NCBI GenBank assembly: GCA_038801705.1
Contig: JAULTC010000001.1
Coordinates: forward strand, 369,214 to 433,213
Direction: 5' to 3'
Length of the DNA: 64,000 nt
DNA from: Candidatus Methanosuratincola mesotaenarum
GTDB lineage: Archaea; Thermoproteota; Methanomethylicia; Methanomethylicales; Methanomethylicaceae
Shown here: one piece after another, positions 37,230 to 47,694 of the stretch
Position numbering within the stretch: the stretch's first letter is position 1
Layout of the letters: every line of letters begins with the position of its first letter
The notes under the pieces: model-generated
What the model saw: the letters and a program-made list of their open reading frames with translations, nothing else
What the model was told of the DNA's origin: nothing
The model's database searches: none
Translations under genes and position numbers: made by a program

Positions 37230-38384
37230 TCAGATTATCCAGTCTTTGCTCGCCAGCTTCTCTGGGAGGTAGACGTCCGAGAGGAACCTGAAGCCCTTGG
37301 ACGACTTGGCCTCGATCTCAGCCTTCACGCGCCTGTCAAGGAATAGGTTGATCTCCTGGCGCCAGCGTTTCGAGTTGTAGAACCATGGGTACCTCGGCTT
37401 CTTTGTCTTCGAATCCCTCACGAGGAGCTCCTTCGCCCGCTTAATGTCCATGTCGTTTGCCTTTATGAGGTGGTCCTTCGGGATCTCATACTTGTCAAGG
37501 TCAGTCATGGTGAGGCCCAAGAACTTCGCATCTGGGCAAGCTAGCCTGAAGGATTCGTAGGAGAGGCTTATGCTGCCTGCCCTGTAGGTCGAGTATATGT
37601 ACCACCCGAACGGGTCAGCATCAGTCAGGACATACACAGGGAGGCCCCACTCCTCGTTGAGACGCCTAACCATCCTCCGGGTTGCCCTGTCCGCCTGTCC
37701 TTTTCCAGTGATAAGAACGCACTTGTTCTTCCTCCAGAATTCATAGTCGTTGAGCCGCTGGAATATTGCGTCCTTCTCGACGACCAGGACGTATCCCGCG
37801 TCGACGCTCACGATCTGGATCTGGTCGCAGAGCGACGGTATGTTGAAGGCACCGATCCCGAATCTGGAGCAGTCGATCTTGTTCCCCTTTGACTCGAGGA
37901 TCACTTCGCCCACGAGAGCGCCCCTTGACTCGGCCACGACCCCCATCTGCTCGCGCAGAAGACCGGTCATGACCTCTATGTCTTGGAAGATGTTGTTGGA
38001 CTCGTCTTGGCTGTTGAATGTCTCGATGTTTGTGCCTTCGATCGTGTGGAGGGTGTAGTAGTAGAGGTCCCTTATCGTGGGGTGATCATCATGCTGCAGT
38101 GCCTCGTATATGCCCCTCGCGAGGAGGAGCGTCTGCATGAACGACCTCACTTCACTGATGTCGTTGAAGCACCGCTCGCTAGTTCTCTCTCCGAGCGTAA
38201 GGATCTGGCGCCGCTCGTCGTACAGGGTGTTGGAGGCTGCCCTTACAGGTATCCTGAGCACGGGCGGCTTCGATTCAGCTAGGTCGAAGGCGAGGTTCAT
38301 GAAGATCTGCCGGAGTTTTTTGGCCGAGTCGTCGAAGCTCTCCAGCGGTCGTATCTTCTGATCGGGCTTCTTGGCCTTGACCAT
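37230..38384 (-). CDS. top6A: DNA topoisomerase VI subunit A (Spo11-like)
   Basis: Winged-helix/5Y-CAP region with the catalytic Tyr context (…YYYTLHTIEG…) and the Toprim region (…VLVVEKDAIF…LTDADPFGWYIYSTY…). Confidence 0.9.
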   Translation of the reverse strand: MVKAKKPDQKIRPLESFDDSAKKLRQIFMNLAFDLAESKPPVLRIPVRAASNTLYDERRQILTLGERTSERCFNDISEVRSFMQTLLLARGIYEALQHDDHPTIRDLYYYTLHTIEGTNIETFNSQDESNNIFQDIEVMTGLLREQMGVVAESRGALVGEVILESKGNKIDCSRFGIGAFNIPSLCDQIQIVSVDAGYVLVVEKDAIFQRLNDYEFWRKNKCVLITGKGQADRATRRMVRRLNEEWGLPVYVLTDADPFGWYIYSTYRAGSISLSYESFRLACPDAKFLGLTMTDLDKYEIPKDHLIKANDMDIKRAKELLVRDSKTKKPRYPWFYNSKRWRQEINLFLDRRVKAEIEAKSSKGFRFLSDVYLPEKLASKDWII

Positions 38385-38388
38385 GCTA

Positions 38389-40314
38389 TCACCTCAGGTA
38401 CTCCTCGAGGGTGAACTGCTGCTTTTTTGGTTTCTGGACAGGAATCTCTACGGGAATCTCGGCTGGATCCCCCGCAAGGGATCGGATGGCATCAGTGGCT
38501 GGCGTCTGTGTTGAGGGGGTTCCTGACCCATGCGCGCGGATCGCCCTGGCTTTCTGCTTCTTTGTCTTTACAGACGCCATCAACCTGTTGTATATCAGCT
38601 CCTGGTCCTGCCCAGTCAGGACGGACATGTCTCTGGCGATCTCCCTCGCGTAGATCTGGAAGATGCTCTGTCTGTGCTGCTCGTGCTCCTGCCTCTGTCG
38701 GTGGGAGATGTATCCTTGGATCAGCCTCCCTAGGCTCTGCAGGGCGAGCCTGAGCTGTTCCCGGATCTCCTCGTGGTAGGCCACAGCAAACTTCCCAGGG
38801 ACGGAGTATGGCACCTTGGTGGAGACCAGCGAGATGATGATCACGATCGGAGCCATGGGGAGATTCCCCTCGTCCTGGGGCAGCTTGTAATTCTTCCAGT
38901 TAATCTCCTTGACCACTTTGTAGAGAAGGCAGTCCCTCGAGTCGTAGATGAGCGGGCACTTGTTTGCAAGCCGGATCACCCTCGATTTAAAGACACCCTC
39001 CTTTACCCTCTCGCAGTCCCCGATCACGGACTTTCCCCCGTACGCAGCCCCGACCTCGATCTGGAACGGGACGCCGCGGTACGACCATGGTTCCCTGGAA
39101 GCGGTGCAGATAAACTCCGCGTCAGAGTAGATCCGCCTGATAGACTGCCGGAGGGCATCCTCGCCTATCGGGCTGAGAACATCCAAGGGCGGGCGCATCA
39201 GGTCGCCTTCCCTCGCAGCCTTCAGCAGTGCCTCGACGTCGATTTCCTTCGGGGAAGAAGTTGGACTGAGCCCCGCAGCCTTCAGAAGATCCTCGGCTTT
39301 CGCGTCGGAGATCCTCACGAAGTGTCTGACCAGGAACTGCTTGGCTGTGGCGCAGCAGGCATCGTTGGATTTCATCTCCAGGAGTGCCCCAGGCTCCATG
39401 GACAGGAGGTGCGGCTTGATCTCCTTGGGAGGCGGAGGGAGAATCTCGTTGGCCCTCTTAAAGTGGAGCTCCTTGGGTTCCTGCCCTGCCTGGGCGACCA
39501 CGGTGAACTTTAGGTCTGCGTGGGGGTTTGCGAGTGAGAGCTCCTTTATGAAAGACTCGACTTTCTGTGTGTAGTCCCCAGCGATCATGAGCTCAACCCG
39601 GGTGCCGTGGGATCTGGGGAAGTCTACCTCCTCAGAGGAGACTACGACCGGCGAGTTCCTCTCGGTGTCTATCTTCAGGACCACGCGGTATGCTTTCGGG
39701 TCGGACTCGATCTTTGTCGTTATGACTGCGGGCTCGAGGGAGGTGAGCTGGGCATATATTATGGCTGCGTGGACGCCCAGCCCCTGCTGCCCGCGGGACT
39801 GCTTGAAGGAGAAGAACTTCGATCCGTAAAGGACGCTCCCGAAGCACTTCGCCACCTTCCCCTTGAGGACGCCGCAGCCGTTGTCCTCGACTGCGAGTCT
39901 AAAGACGGGGAAGGCCCTGACGCCCCCATCCTTGGTCTTGTTTGTGACCACTTCGTACTTCTTTGCTGTGGCCGTCAGCTCAACAGTGACCTCTGGAAGG
40001 ACTCCCATCGCCTCGCAGGCGTCCAGCGAGTTGTCCATCAGCTCCTTTATGGTCTGGACGAGCGCGTGTTCTGGGTCTCCAAAACCGAGCTGGCCCAGGT
40101 TCTGGCGGTAGTACTGGGCAGGGTTTACCGCCCGCATCTTTCTGGCCTCAGCCTCTGCGACTGTCAGGAGTTCCCTATGGACGGGCTTGGCGTGCTTCTG
40201 CTTCTTGGGGCTAGTCTTCCCACTAGAGGAGACCCTTTTGTGCGCCTTGCCCTGCGGTCCAACCTCTGGAGCCACATCTACCAAACAGCAGACCCTCACT
40301 TGGCAGATTGCCAA
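38389..40314 (-). CDS. top6B: DNA topoisomerase VI subunit B
   Basis: GHKL/Bergerat ATPase motifs (…ELMDNSLDACEAMG…, …DNGCGV…, …GSVLYGSKF…SRGQQGLGV…) and the transducer domain. Lies directly upstream of top6A. Confidence 0.9.
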   Translation of the reverse strand: MAICQVRVCCLVDVAPEVGPQGKAHKRVSSSGKTSPKKQKHAKPVHRELLTVAEAEARKMRAVNPAQYYRQNLGQLGFGDPEHALVQTIKELMDNSLDACEAMGVLPEVTVELTATAKKYEVVTNKTKDGGVRAFPVFRLAVEDNGCGVLKGKVAKCFGSVLYGSKFFSFKQSRGQQGLGVHAAIIYAQLTSLEPAVITTKIESDPKAYRVVLKIDTERNSPVVVSSEEVDFPRSHGTRVELMIAGDYTQKVESFIKELSLANPHADLKFTVVAQAGQEPKELHFKRANEILPPPPKEIKPHLLSMEPGALLEMKSNDACCATAKQFLVRHFVRISDAKAEDLLKAAGLSPTSSPKEIDVEALLKAAREGDLMRPPLDVLSPIGEDALRQSIRRIYSDAEFICTASREPWSYRGVPFQIEVGAAYGGKSVIGDCERVKEGVFKSRVIRLANKCPLIYDSRDCLLYKVVKEINWKNYKLPQDEGNLPMAPIVIIISLVSTKVPYSVPGKFAVAYHEEIREQLRLALQSLGRLIQGYISHRQRQEHEQHRQSIFQIYAREIARDMSVLTGQDQELIYNRLMASVKTKKQKARAIRAHGSGTPSTQTPATDAIRSLAGDPAEIPVEIPVQKPKKQQFTLEEYLR

Positions 40315-40397
40315 AATTTTTCGTTTACCACTAAATCGGGAAACGTATTTATCGTTTCCCTGGAGTACGGGCGGGCAGGCTTGCTTGCTTGCTTAGA

Positions 40398-41942
40398 TCA
40401 GAATCCTGGCAGCTCCTCCAGCAGCATCCCCTCGATCATGAATGGCGGTTCGCGCATTGCCAAACTGATCGCATCCCTTAGTTTCGAGGGTCTGTTTGCA
40501 TAGATCTCGATGACAGGGTCCCCTTTCTTTACAGAGTATCCCATCTTAGCGTACAGCTTAACCCCGGCCCCTTTGTCGATCGGGGCTCCGACTGCCCTTG
40601 CTATGGCGTTGATGGACCGGTTGCTTATGCTACTGACGTAACCATCGACAGGGGCGCTTATCACGTAGCGCTCGGATCCGAGGGGTATCTCGTCTGGCTT
40701 TATCTCTGGGTTGCCCCCCTGGTGGGCGATGATCTCGCGCATCTTCTGGTAGGCCTTTCCGCTCCTCAGGATCTCCTTCGCCAGATCCTGACCGTTTCCC
40801 CTAGAGGCGATCCCGTTCATCTCGAATAGCATCCCTGCCAAGGATGTTGACTTCTCTATGAGGCTGTTCGGCCCTCCCCCCATCAGCGTCTCAAGAGCCT
40901 CCTTGGCTTCAAGCGCAGGGCCGACGGTGTGACCAACAGGCTGCCCCCCATAGGTGATCCCGCACCTGACCTGGATGCCAAGCCTGTTGCCGAGCTCGAT
41001 GAAGTCGCTTCCCAGCTTCCTGGCAGTCTCGAAGTCCTCTACCTTGGCGCCCTTACCAGTGGGTATGTCCAATACCAGCGTGCTGACGCCCACTGCGAGC
41101 TTCTTGGACATTATTGAGGCCATCATCTGGGAGCGTGGGTCAATAGAGAGCGGGTGCTCGACCCTTATGAAGAGGTCGTCCGCAGGGGCTAGGTTGAGCG
41201 AACCCCCCCAGGCAATGTACCCCCCGACGTCATGCAGGAGCCTCTTCAGCTCCTCCTCAGTAAACTCCACAGGCGCCAGGATCTCCATCGTGTCGGCGGT
41301 ACCCGAGGGGCTGGTTATGGCACGGCTGCTCGTCTTTGGGATCTTCAGGCCCGCGGCAGCTACTATTGGGACTATGAGCAGAGTGACCTTGTTCCCAGGC
41401 ACCCCGCCTATTGAGTGCTTGTCCACGACATGCTCCCCGAAGTCTATCGTCTTCCCGGTCTCCACCATCGCTTTGGTGAGGCTCTCGATCTCGTCCATGT
41501 CCATACCGACGTACTCCTCTGCCATGAGAAAGGCGGCTACCTCGAGCTTGCTCAGGTTGTGGAAGACGATGTCCTTCACGATCGAGTAGATCTCGCTCTT
41601 CGTCAGGGGCTTGCCCTTCATCTTCTTCCTTATGAACTCGACTGAAGTCGGGGTCGGGGCTACGGATAGCTCAACAAGATCGCCATCATTCACTGAGAAC
41701 TCGAAGTCCTCATAGAAACCGATCTCACCCTTTTCGACTACAGTCTCAGAGACGTCGAGCATCGCAACGGTCCGCTGGAAGTCCTTGGTTATGACCACCC
41801 GGTCGTGGATCCGGAGCATCATCTCCTCAGCATCGGACTCGTTCATTATTACGTTCTTTTCACCTGTCTTGATCTTGATCAGCCTTGCTCTGAACCTCTG
41901 CGGCGCAGGCTGCAGGTCATTTCTCGGTTGTCCAGTAGACAT
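40398..41942 (-). CDS. AMP phosphorylase (thymidine-phosphorylase family, DeoA-type)
   Basis: An N-terminal extension domain of about 80 aa (…RARLIKIKTGEKNVIMNESDAEE…), then a thymidine-phosphorylase core (…DKHSIGGVPGNKVTL…, …TSSRAITSPSGTADT…). It is clustered with type III RuBisCO and R15P isomerase. Confidence 0.8.
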   Translation of the reverse strand: MSTGQPRNDLQPAPQRFRARLIKIKTGEKNVIMNESDAEEMMLRIHDRVVITKDFQRTVAMLDVSETVVEKGEIGFYEDFEFSVNDGDLVELSVAPTPTSVEFIRKKMKGKPLTKSEIYSIVKDIVFHNLSKLEVAAFLMAEEYVGMDMDEIESLTKAMVETGKTIDFGEHVVDKHSIGGVPGNKVTLLIVPIVAAAGLKIPKTSSRAITSPSGTADTMEILAPVEFTEEELKRLLHDVGGYIAWGGSLNLAPADDLFIRVEHPLSIDPRSQMMASIMSKKLAVGVSTLVLDIPTGKGAKVEDFETARKLGSDFIELGNRLGIQVRCGITYGGQPVGHTVGPALEAKEALETLMGGGPNSLIEKSTSLAGMLFEMNGIASRGNGQDLAKEILRSGKAYQKMREIIAHQGGNPEIKPDEIPLGSERYVISAPVDGYVSSISNRSINAIARAVGAPIDKGAGVKLYAKMGYSVKKGDPVIEIYANRPSKLRDAISLAMREPPFMIEGMLLEELPGF

Positions 41943-41949
41943 CTCTGCA

Positions 41950-43260
41950 TCAGTCCTCCGAGAGCCGCATTTCGCCCCACCGCTCGATCGCGATGCGGAG
42001 CTCTTCATGGTTTTTGGCGTATTCGTCTAGGGGCACCCCCGCCACACATGCATCGATTGCCTGTCGCATTGCGGCAGCACCGGCACGGGTTCCCATTGGG
42101 TGGCCGTGGATGCCTCCGCCAGCATTGATGACGAAATCGTTTCCAAAGACGCGGTAGTTTGCGGGCACAAAGCCAGGATGGATCCCGCCCGACGCGACTG
42201 GGAAGACTTTCCTCTTCCCGTGCCAATCCGACCTTAGGAAACCGATTATCTCACTGAGCTCGGCCTTCCTCCCCTCCTCTCCGCCCATCTTGCCCGCGCC
42301 AGATCCTACGTGGAGTTGGTCACCGCCCAAGAGCCTCGCCACCTTAGCGAGGACGAGCATCGATATCCCGTGCCTCGGGTTCCTGGTGAATGCGGCATGC
42401 ATTGCCCTGTGCATGTGGATGGGGACATGGAAGTCGTGCGACTTGATGAACCACTCGACCGTGGGGAGACCGAGTATCACAATGTCCAGCATGAGCGTAT
42501 TTGCGCCGTTGTCTATTGCAGTCTCTGCGTGCTTGATCATATTTTCCGGATCGGCGGTCACGTTAACCGCAAACAGGACGTTCCGGCCAGTCTCGGACTT
42601 TACCTGGTCGAGCGCTTCCATGACTCGGACGACCCTGTCCTCGAGTGGGCAGAATTTCTGGTTCACCAGCGTCTCGTCGTCCTTGATGAAATCAACGCCG
42701 CCAATCGCCGCATCGTAGCAGATCCTTGCGGTCTGGTCAGGGCTCAGCCCGACCTTGGGCTTGACTATCGTACCCAAGTGAGGGCGGCGGGCAGTCTCGG
42801 TCCCAACGAACCTCCTGACGCCCTCAATTCCTATCCTTGGACCCGGATACATCTCAGCAACTTCCTTAGGGAAGTCGACGTCGACCAGCCTCACATTCTT
42901 GAGCGCGGAGAGGCCGAAAAGGTTTCCTGCCACCATACTCAGTATATTCGCAATGCCGCTGGTCTCGAGGTCAAACAGGTCGATTGGATAAGCGACCCAT
43001 ACGAACCCGGTTCCTCCCGATCCCTCGGTCCTGAAGACCTTTGCAGGCAGCTTTGTCCTGATCCACTCGTTTGTGGTTGTGATCTCAGTCCAGGTGCCTA
43101 TCGACTCTTCAGTGGCGATCGCCATCCCAGCGGCTTTCAGGTCTAGTTCGCTCTCAACGTAGTACTTCGCCACGATGTGCCTTTCCGGGTCTATCGACTC
43201 CGGATCGGCGTAGAATATCTTATCCAAGTAGATACCTTTTCCGTCACTCCCTTGGGACAT
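41950..43260 (-). CDS. rbcL: Ribulose-1,5-bisphosphate carboxylase/oxygenase, form III large subunit
   Basis: …GGVDFIKDDE…, …KPKVGLSP…, …HMHRAMHAAF…, …GSGAGKMGG…. 436 aa. No small-subunit gene is present. Confidence 0.9.
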   Translation of the reverse strand: MSQGSDGKGIYLDKIFYADPESIDPERHIVAKYYVESELDLKAAGMAIATEESIGTWTEITTTNEWIRTKLPAKVFRTEGSGGTGFVWVAYPIDLFDLETSGIANILSMVAGNLFGLSALKNVRLVDVDFPKEVAEMYPGPRIGIEGVRRFVGTETARRPHLGTIVKPKVGLSPDQTARICYDAAIGGVDFIKDDETLVNQKFCPLEDRVVRVMEALDQVKSETGRNVLFAVNVTADPENMIKHAETAIDNGANTLMLDIVILGLPTVEWFIKSHDFHVPIHMHRAMHAAFTRNPRHGISMLVLAKVARLLGGDQLHVGSGAGKMGGEEGRKAELSEIIGFLRSDWHGKRKVFPVASGGIHPGFVPANYRVFGNDFVINAGGGIHGHPMGTRAGAAAMRQAIDACVAGVPLDEYAKNHEELRIAIERWGEMRLSED

Positions 43261-43266
43261 ATATGA

Positions 43267-44268
43267 TCACTGCTCCTCCTCTTCGACAAAAACCCTACCC
43301 AAGTGCTCCTCGCCTATCCTATATCCGAACTCCTCCATTAATATCAATATTGCAGCCTGGGGAGGGATGACGCCGCGCTCAGTTATTATGGCATCTATCA
43401 TCTCTGCGGGGGTTATGTCAAAGGCTGGGTTGGCAATCTTCACTCTGCCCAGTGACGCGATCTCCTCATCCGGGAGAACCTCTGTCGCGGGCCGCTCCTC
43501 TATCTCCACCAGCTCCCCAAGCATGGTCGAGGGGCTGAACTTGTAAGTCTCCGCACATACGTACACCCTGACCCTCGCCTCCTTGGCTGCAAGCGCTATC
43601 TGGGAGGTGCCGATCTTGTTCACAACTGCGCCGTTGGAAGTCACTACATCCGAGCCTACCACCACCTTGTCTACCTTTGGCATGAAGTACCTTGCTGCTG
43701 AGTCGACGATGAGCGTGACAGGTATATCCTCCTCTGCCAGGGTTCTCGCAGTGATCCGGCCCTGGAAGCGCGGGCGTGTCTCGGTCGCGATCACCGAGAA
43801 GTCCTTACCCTGGCGCTTAGCCTCCACGAGGGTCGAGATCACCACAGAGCTATTGCAGTGGGTCATTATGAGGTCACCGTTCCTTATCCGCTTGGCTCCG
43901 AATTCGCTTATCCGCTTCACGGCCTGCAATGAGGACTTCAGGAAGGCATCGCTGGCATCTATCGCCGCCTGCCTCAGGAGGTCTGGTGTGGCCCCCTCTT
44001 TGTACGCCCTGAATACCCGGTGTCTTATGTAGTTTAGGGCGTTGGCCAAGGAGACCGCGGTAGGCCGCGTGTTCAGGAGTGTCCGGTAGGCTTCATTGAA
44101 GCCTTCGATGAATGACGGGGCATCAGAGGCTCTGCTGTTCAGCGCATAAGTTTTGAGCCCACTGGCAGCCGCCCGCCCAATCTCGGCAGCCCCCCTGATC
44201 CTCATCGTTCTGATGTCCTCTGCGATCCGGAGTATGTCATCATTTGCCAATGGAAAACAGCCTTCCAA
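43267..44268 (-). CDS. Ribose-1,5-bisphosphate isomerase (e2b2 / eIF-2B-like family)
   Basis: Family-typical motifs (…IMTHCNSS…, …VIATETRPRFQGR…, …GSDVVTSNGAVVNKIGT…) and genomic linkage to rbcL and AMP phosphorylase. Confidence 0.8.
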   Translation of the reverse strand: MEGCFPLANDDILRIAEDIRTMRIRGAAEIGRAAASGLKTYALNSRASDAPSFIEGFNEAYRTLLNTRPTAVSLANALNYIRHRVFRAYKEGATPDLLRQAAIDASDAFLKSSLQAVKRISEFGAKRIRNGDLIMTHCNSSVVISTLVEAKRQGKDFSVIATETRPRFQGRITARTLAEEDIPVTLIVDSAARYFMPKVDKVVVGSDVVTSNGAVVNKIGTSQIALAAKEARVRVYVCAETYKFSPSTMLGELVEIEERPATEVLPDEEIASLGRVKIANPAFDITPAEMIDAIITERGVIPPQAAILILMEEFGYRIGEEHLGRVFVEEEEQ

Positions 44269-44294
44269 GTGATAGATACCTTCTGGAGGTTAAA

Positions 44295-45218
44295 TTATAA
44301 AAAGGTTGGCGGGCAGGGTTTGCCCGCTGCATCCAGCATCAGGGCGTCAGCTAACAGGGGTGCGATAGAGACCGAGGCGTACTCGTTTGCGATTGTGTCG
44401 GTGGTTATCAGCGAGTTCAGCCCAGCCTCCTTGAGCCTGGAATATGCCCCTTCGACGAGGATGACATGCGTCACCAATGCATCGACCCTTTCCACGCCAG
44501 AAGCCTTCAGTTTCCCCAACACTTCCAAGATGGTCTTGCCAGTGCTTATCATGTCGTCGACGATAAGGGCTGTACTGCACATGCTGTCCGAAATCTCCGA
44601 TATGCGCACCTCCCGGTCCCCAAGGCGCTCCTTCTCCAGAACGGCGCAACTCGAGGGGATCACGTCGGCGACCGCCTTCACCCACTGGGACGACTCGCGG
44701 TCAGGCCCCACGACCAGAATGCGCCCTGGGGGGAGATGCCTCGAATATTCCTCTGCGAGAAGCCGCATCGCAGAGAGGTTTGTTGCGGGAATGCGGAATA
44801 TCTCGCTTATGTCCCGGAATCTGTGCAGGTGCATGTCCACAGTGTAAACGGCGTCGGTGCCCGACGCCTCTATTAGAGTTGCGAAGACCTTGGCGCTCAG
44901 CGCCTCGCCCTCTGAGAACCGCTCGTCCTGCCTTGCGTAGGCAATGTAGGGGAAGGCGCCGATCACCCGCCTGCACCCCATTCCGCTCACAGCGTCCGCA
45001 ATGAGCGCGTATTCGACCAACAGCCGATCGGGCGATAAGGCAAAAGACTGGAGGATCGCCACATCCTTCCCACATACATCTCCGCAGACCCGCACGTACT
45101 GCTCCCCATCAGGGAAGATCCGCCTATCCACCTCAGCTAGGCGCGCCCCAGAGATCTGCGCCACCTTCCTCGCAAGCCCCTCGGCTCCAGATCCATAAGT
45201 CACAACGAGATCATTCAT
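44295..45218 (-). CDS. prs: Ribose-phosphate pyrophosphokinase (PRPP synthetase)
   Basis: …IFPDGEQYVRV…, and the PRPP-binding loop …ALIVDDMISTGKTI…. 307 aa. Confidence 0.85.
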   Translation of the reverse strand: MNDLVVTYGSGAEGLARKVAQISGARLAEVDRRIFPDGEQYVRVCGDVCGKDVAILQSFALSPDRLLVEYALIADAVSGMGCRRVIGAFPYIAYARQDERFSEGEALSAKVFATLIEASGTDAVYTVDMHLHRFRDISEIFRIPATNLSAMRLLAEEYSRHLPPGRILVVGPDRESSQWVKAVADVIPSSCAVLEKERLGDREVRISEISDSMCSTALIVDDMISTGKTILEVLGKLKASGVERVDALVTHVILVEGAYSRLKEAGLNSLITTDTIANEYASVSIAPLLADALMLDAAGKPCPPTFL

Positions 45219-45221
45219 TAA

Positions 45222-46406
45222 TTACAGACCCTCGTGCATGTCCATGTATAGATCGAGGAGCTCTTCCCTCGAGGGCTTCCTCGGGTTCTTTGTGACGAAC
45301 CTGTAGTGATTTCTAAGGAGGTCCTCGACCATTGACTCGAGTTCAGACTCGTCTATCCCCAGATCCTCGAGCGTCTGAGGTAGGGCGAGCGTTTCCGTCA
45401 TATCGAATATCTTCGAGGCGACCTCGAACCCGACCTCCGTTGGAGAGAGCCCTGATGCATCGACCCCAATTGCTGAGGCGATCATCCTTATCTTCCCCGG
45501 GATTGCCGGGGCATTGAATGCCACAACGTATGGTTCTGCGAGCGAGACAGAGGACCCGTGCGGCATGGAGCACCGGGTAGCATATGTATAGGCGATCCCG
45601 TGCGGCAGGCACAGCCCTGTAGCCTGGAATGCCATCCCAGCCAGCACTGATGCTGCTGACACCCCGGTCCGCGCTTCAAGGTCGCTACCGTTGCAGTATG
45701 CCCTCTCCAGGTAACTGCAGACCAGCCCCAGGGCAGTTAAAGAGAGCGAGTCGCTAACTGGGTTAGAATCGACTGACATTATCGACTCGAGCGCATGGCA
45801 TAGGGCATCGATCCCTGCCGAGGCAGTTGCCGCAGGGCTGGCGCCGCAGGAGATGGAGGGATCCACGATGGTGACCGAAGGATAGAGGGCGTGGTTGGCG
45901 AGTGCTAGCTTCACCCCGTTATCGACGACTACGGAGATTGGGGTTACCTCGGATCCCGTACCCGCCAGAGTCGGGATCGTGACTATAGGAGGGCCTTTTT
46001 TGGAGACCGGCTCCCCTCTGAAGTAGCTCGCAGGCTCCTTCTCATTCACGGAGAGGACAGAGGCGAGCTTTGAAAAGTCCATCGAGCTCCCGCCACCGAT
46101 CCCTATGACGATCTCTGGCTGCAGCCTCCTCACGAAACCTGCAAGCGGGTTCAGAACCGAGATCTCTGGCTCTGACTCGACCATGGTGAACTCTGACACG
46201 TTAGCGCCAGTTGAAGAGACGCGGTCCCTCACCAGCAGATACTCCTTGGTCTTGCTCACCTTAGGGCCGGAGACCAAGAGCGCCCTTTCGAATTTGAACT
46301 TATTCAGCTCATCAGGCAGACGGGATATCGAGTTAATCCCAAAGACGGTGCGGGGTGGGCAGTAATACGTGAAAGCCCTGTTCAGGATATCAAAACTGAT
46401 GCTCAT
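45222..46406 (-). CDS. Iron-containing alcohol dehydrogenase family protein
   Basis: GGGSSMD motif, the …TIPTLAGTGSEVT… nucleotide/metal region, and conserved His residues (…CHALES…, …PHG…). It is the first gene of the minus-strand run ending with AMP phosphorylase. Confidence 0.75.
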   Translation of the reverse strand: MSISFDILNRAFTYYCPPRTVFGINSISRLPDELNKFKFERALLVSGPKVSKTKEYLLVRDRVSSTGANVSEFTMVESEPEISVLNPLAGFVRRLQPEIVIGIGGGSSMDFSKLASVLSVNEKEPASYFRGEPVSKKGPPIVTIPTLAGTGSEVTPISVVVDNGVKLALANHALYPSVTIVDPSISCGASPAATASAGIDALCHALESIMSVDSNPVSDSLSLTALGLVCSYLERAYCNGSDLEARTGVSAASVLAGMAFQATGLCLPHGIAYTYATRCSMPHGSSVSLAEPYVVAFNAPAIPGKIRMIASAIGVDASGLSPTEVGFEVASKIFDMTETLALPQTLEDLGIDESELESMVEDLLRNHYRFVTKNPRKPSREELLDLYMDMHEGL

Positions 46407-46581
46407 AATGGATTCCTCTGGTTCACAGAAGGATGGTCATTTTAATAAGGATTAATCCCGAGCGGCAGCATGCCCAAGGCGAGGCTGCACTCAGGCAGCC
46501 CCTTCCATGATCAGTTGGCATGGTTACTGATCCGCTAACGGAAAGGCAACCCTGACAAATTCATGCTTCGCCTCCCAGGGA

Positions 46582-47343
46582 TCAGTGCCGATGCAATACC
46601 CTGTAGGCAATGGCAACGATGGCGCCCACGACGAAGCCGCCTATGTGCGCCCAGTAGGCTATGCCGCTACCGGAGCCACCAAAGAGGCTTGAGGTGCCGA
46701 AGAAGAGCTGGAGCACGAACCAGAGCCCAAGCATGGCGAAGGCAGGGAGGGTGGTCATGTAGTACCCGAGGATGGTGTGGACCTTGGCTCTGGGGAATAG
46801 GACGACATATGCCCCCATCACCCCGGAGATAGCTCCCGAGGCTCCGATAGTTGGGATCTGAGAGTTTGGGTCTATGAGATAGTTCACGTAGGTCGCGGCG
46901 AATCCCGTGGCAAGGTAGAAGAGGAGGAACTTTATGTGACCAAACCTGTCCTCGACATTGTCGCCAAATGTGAGGAGAAACCACATGTTACCAAAGATGT
47001 GGTCTATACCAGCATGGAGGAACATGCATGTGAAGGCGGTCAAGAGTGACGCCTTGGCGGGTATGAACCCGTAGGTGTATATGATTTCCTCGAAGTCGAG
47101 GAGGCTCACCGCAAAGGCGGCTACGTTGGCGCATATGAGCAGCAGCGTTACATAGGGAAAAGTTCTCCTCTCGACGATGTCTTTTACAGGGAACAGCAAA
47201 CTCCCCCCGAACGGTTTGGGCTTCTTGTCAAAAGGGTTAAAATACACTCCACGAGCTATAAATAAATCCTTTTGGCTGAAGCTTGACTCAATCTCGTCTG
47301 TATGATAGCAACAGGTTGAGGCTCCGCACGATTGAAACCGCAC
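46582..47343 (-). CDS. Rhomboid-family intramembrane serine protease
   Basis: GASGAISGVMGAY (GxSG catalytic Ser) and a downstream …AHIGGFVVG… (catalytic His). Six TM helices. Confidence 0.85.
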   Translation of the reverse strand: MRFQSCGASTCCYHTDEIESSFSQKDLFIARGVYFNPFDKKPKPFGGSLLFPVKDIVERRTFPYVTLLLICANVAAFAVSLLDFEEIIYTYGFIPAKASLLTAFTCMFLHAGIDHIFGNMWFLLTFGDNVEDRFGHIKFLLFYLATGFAATYVNYLIDPNSQIPTIGASGAISGVMGAYVVLFPRAKVHTILGYYMTTLPAFAMLGLWFVLQLFFGTSSLFGGSGSGIAYWAHIGGFVVGAIVAIAYRVLHRH

Positions 47344-47694
47344 GATTGAAACCGCGGGATCCCTCCATCATCATCGGACTCGGTCCGTAGGGGAAGTTAT
47401 GGGCTGTGCCAACCGAAACAGCAGTTACGCCAGCCAAACAAAACAAAAACCGAACAAATTCCCTGAAAAAGATACGCATGGGGATCCCAGTTCAACTAGG
47501 CTGTATTATAAGGAAGCGCGCAGACTGGCTTCCAAAACTCGCGATTTGGACGCATAGCCTGACCAATATAAATGGCTGAAAATGAAAAAAGAATATTCGG
47601 GCACCACTCCAACCAAAGGGCGCTGGCTTTCTGTGTCATGCGAAGCTGACGGAATGAATACTTATTTTAAGAGCCAGTCAGGTTAAGAGAATCG

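Noticed and set aside
38389-46406. Inteins in the large genes (top6B, AMP phosphorylase, rbcL, prs)
   Set aside because: All have lengths and uninterrupted motif spacing consistent with intein-free orthologs. No LAGLIDADG/HNH block or C-terminal HN-Cys/Ser splice junction was seen.
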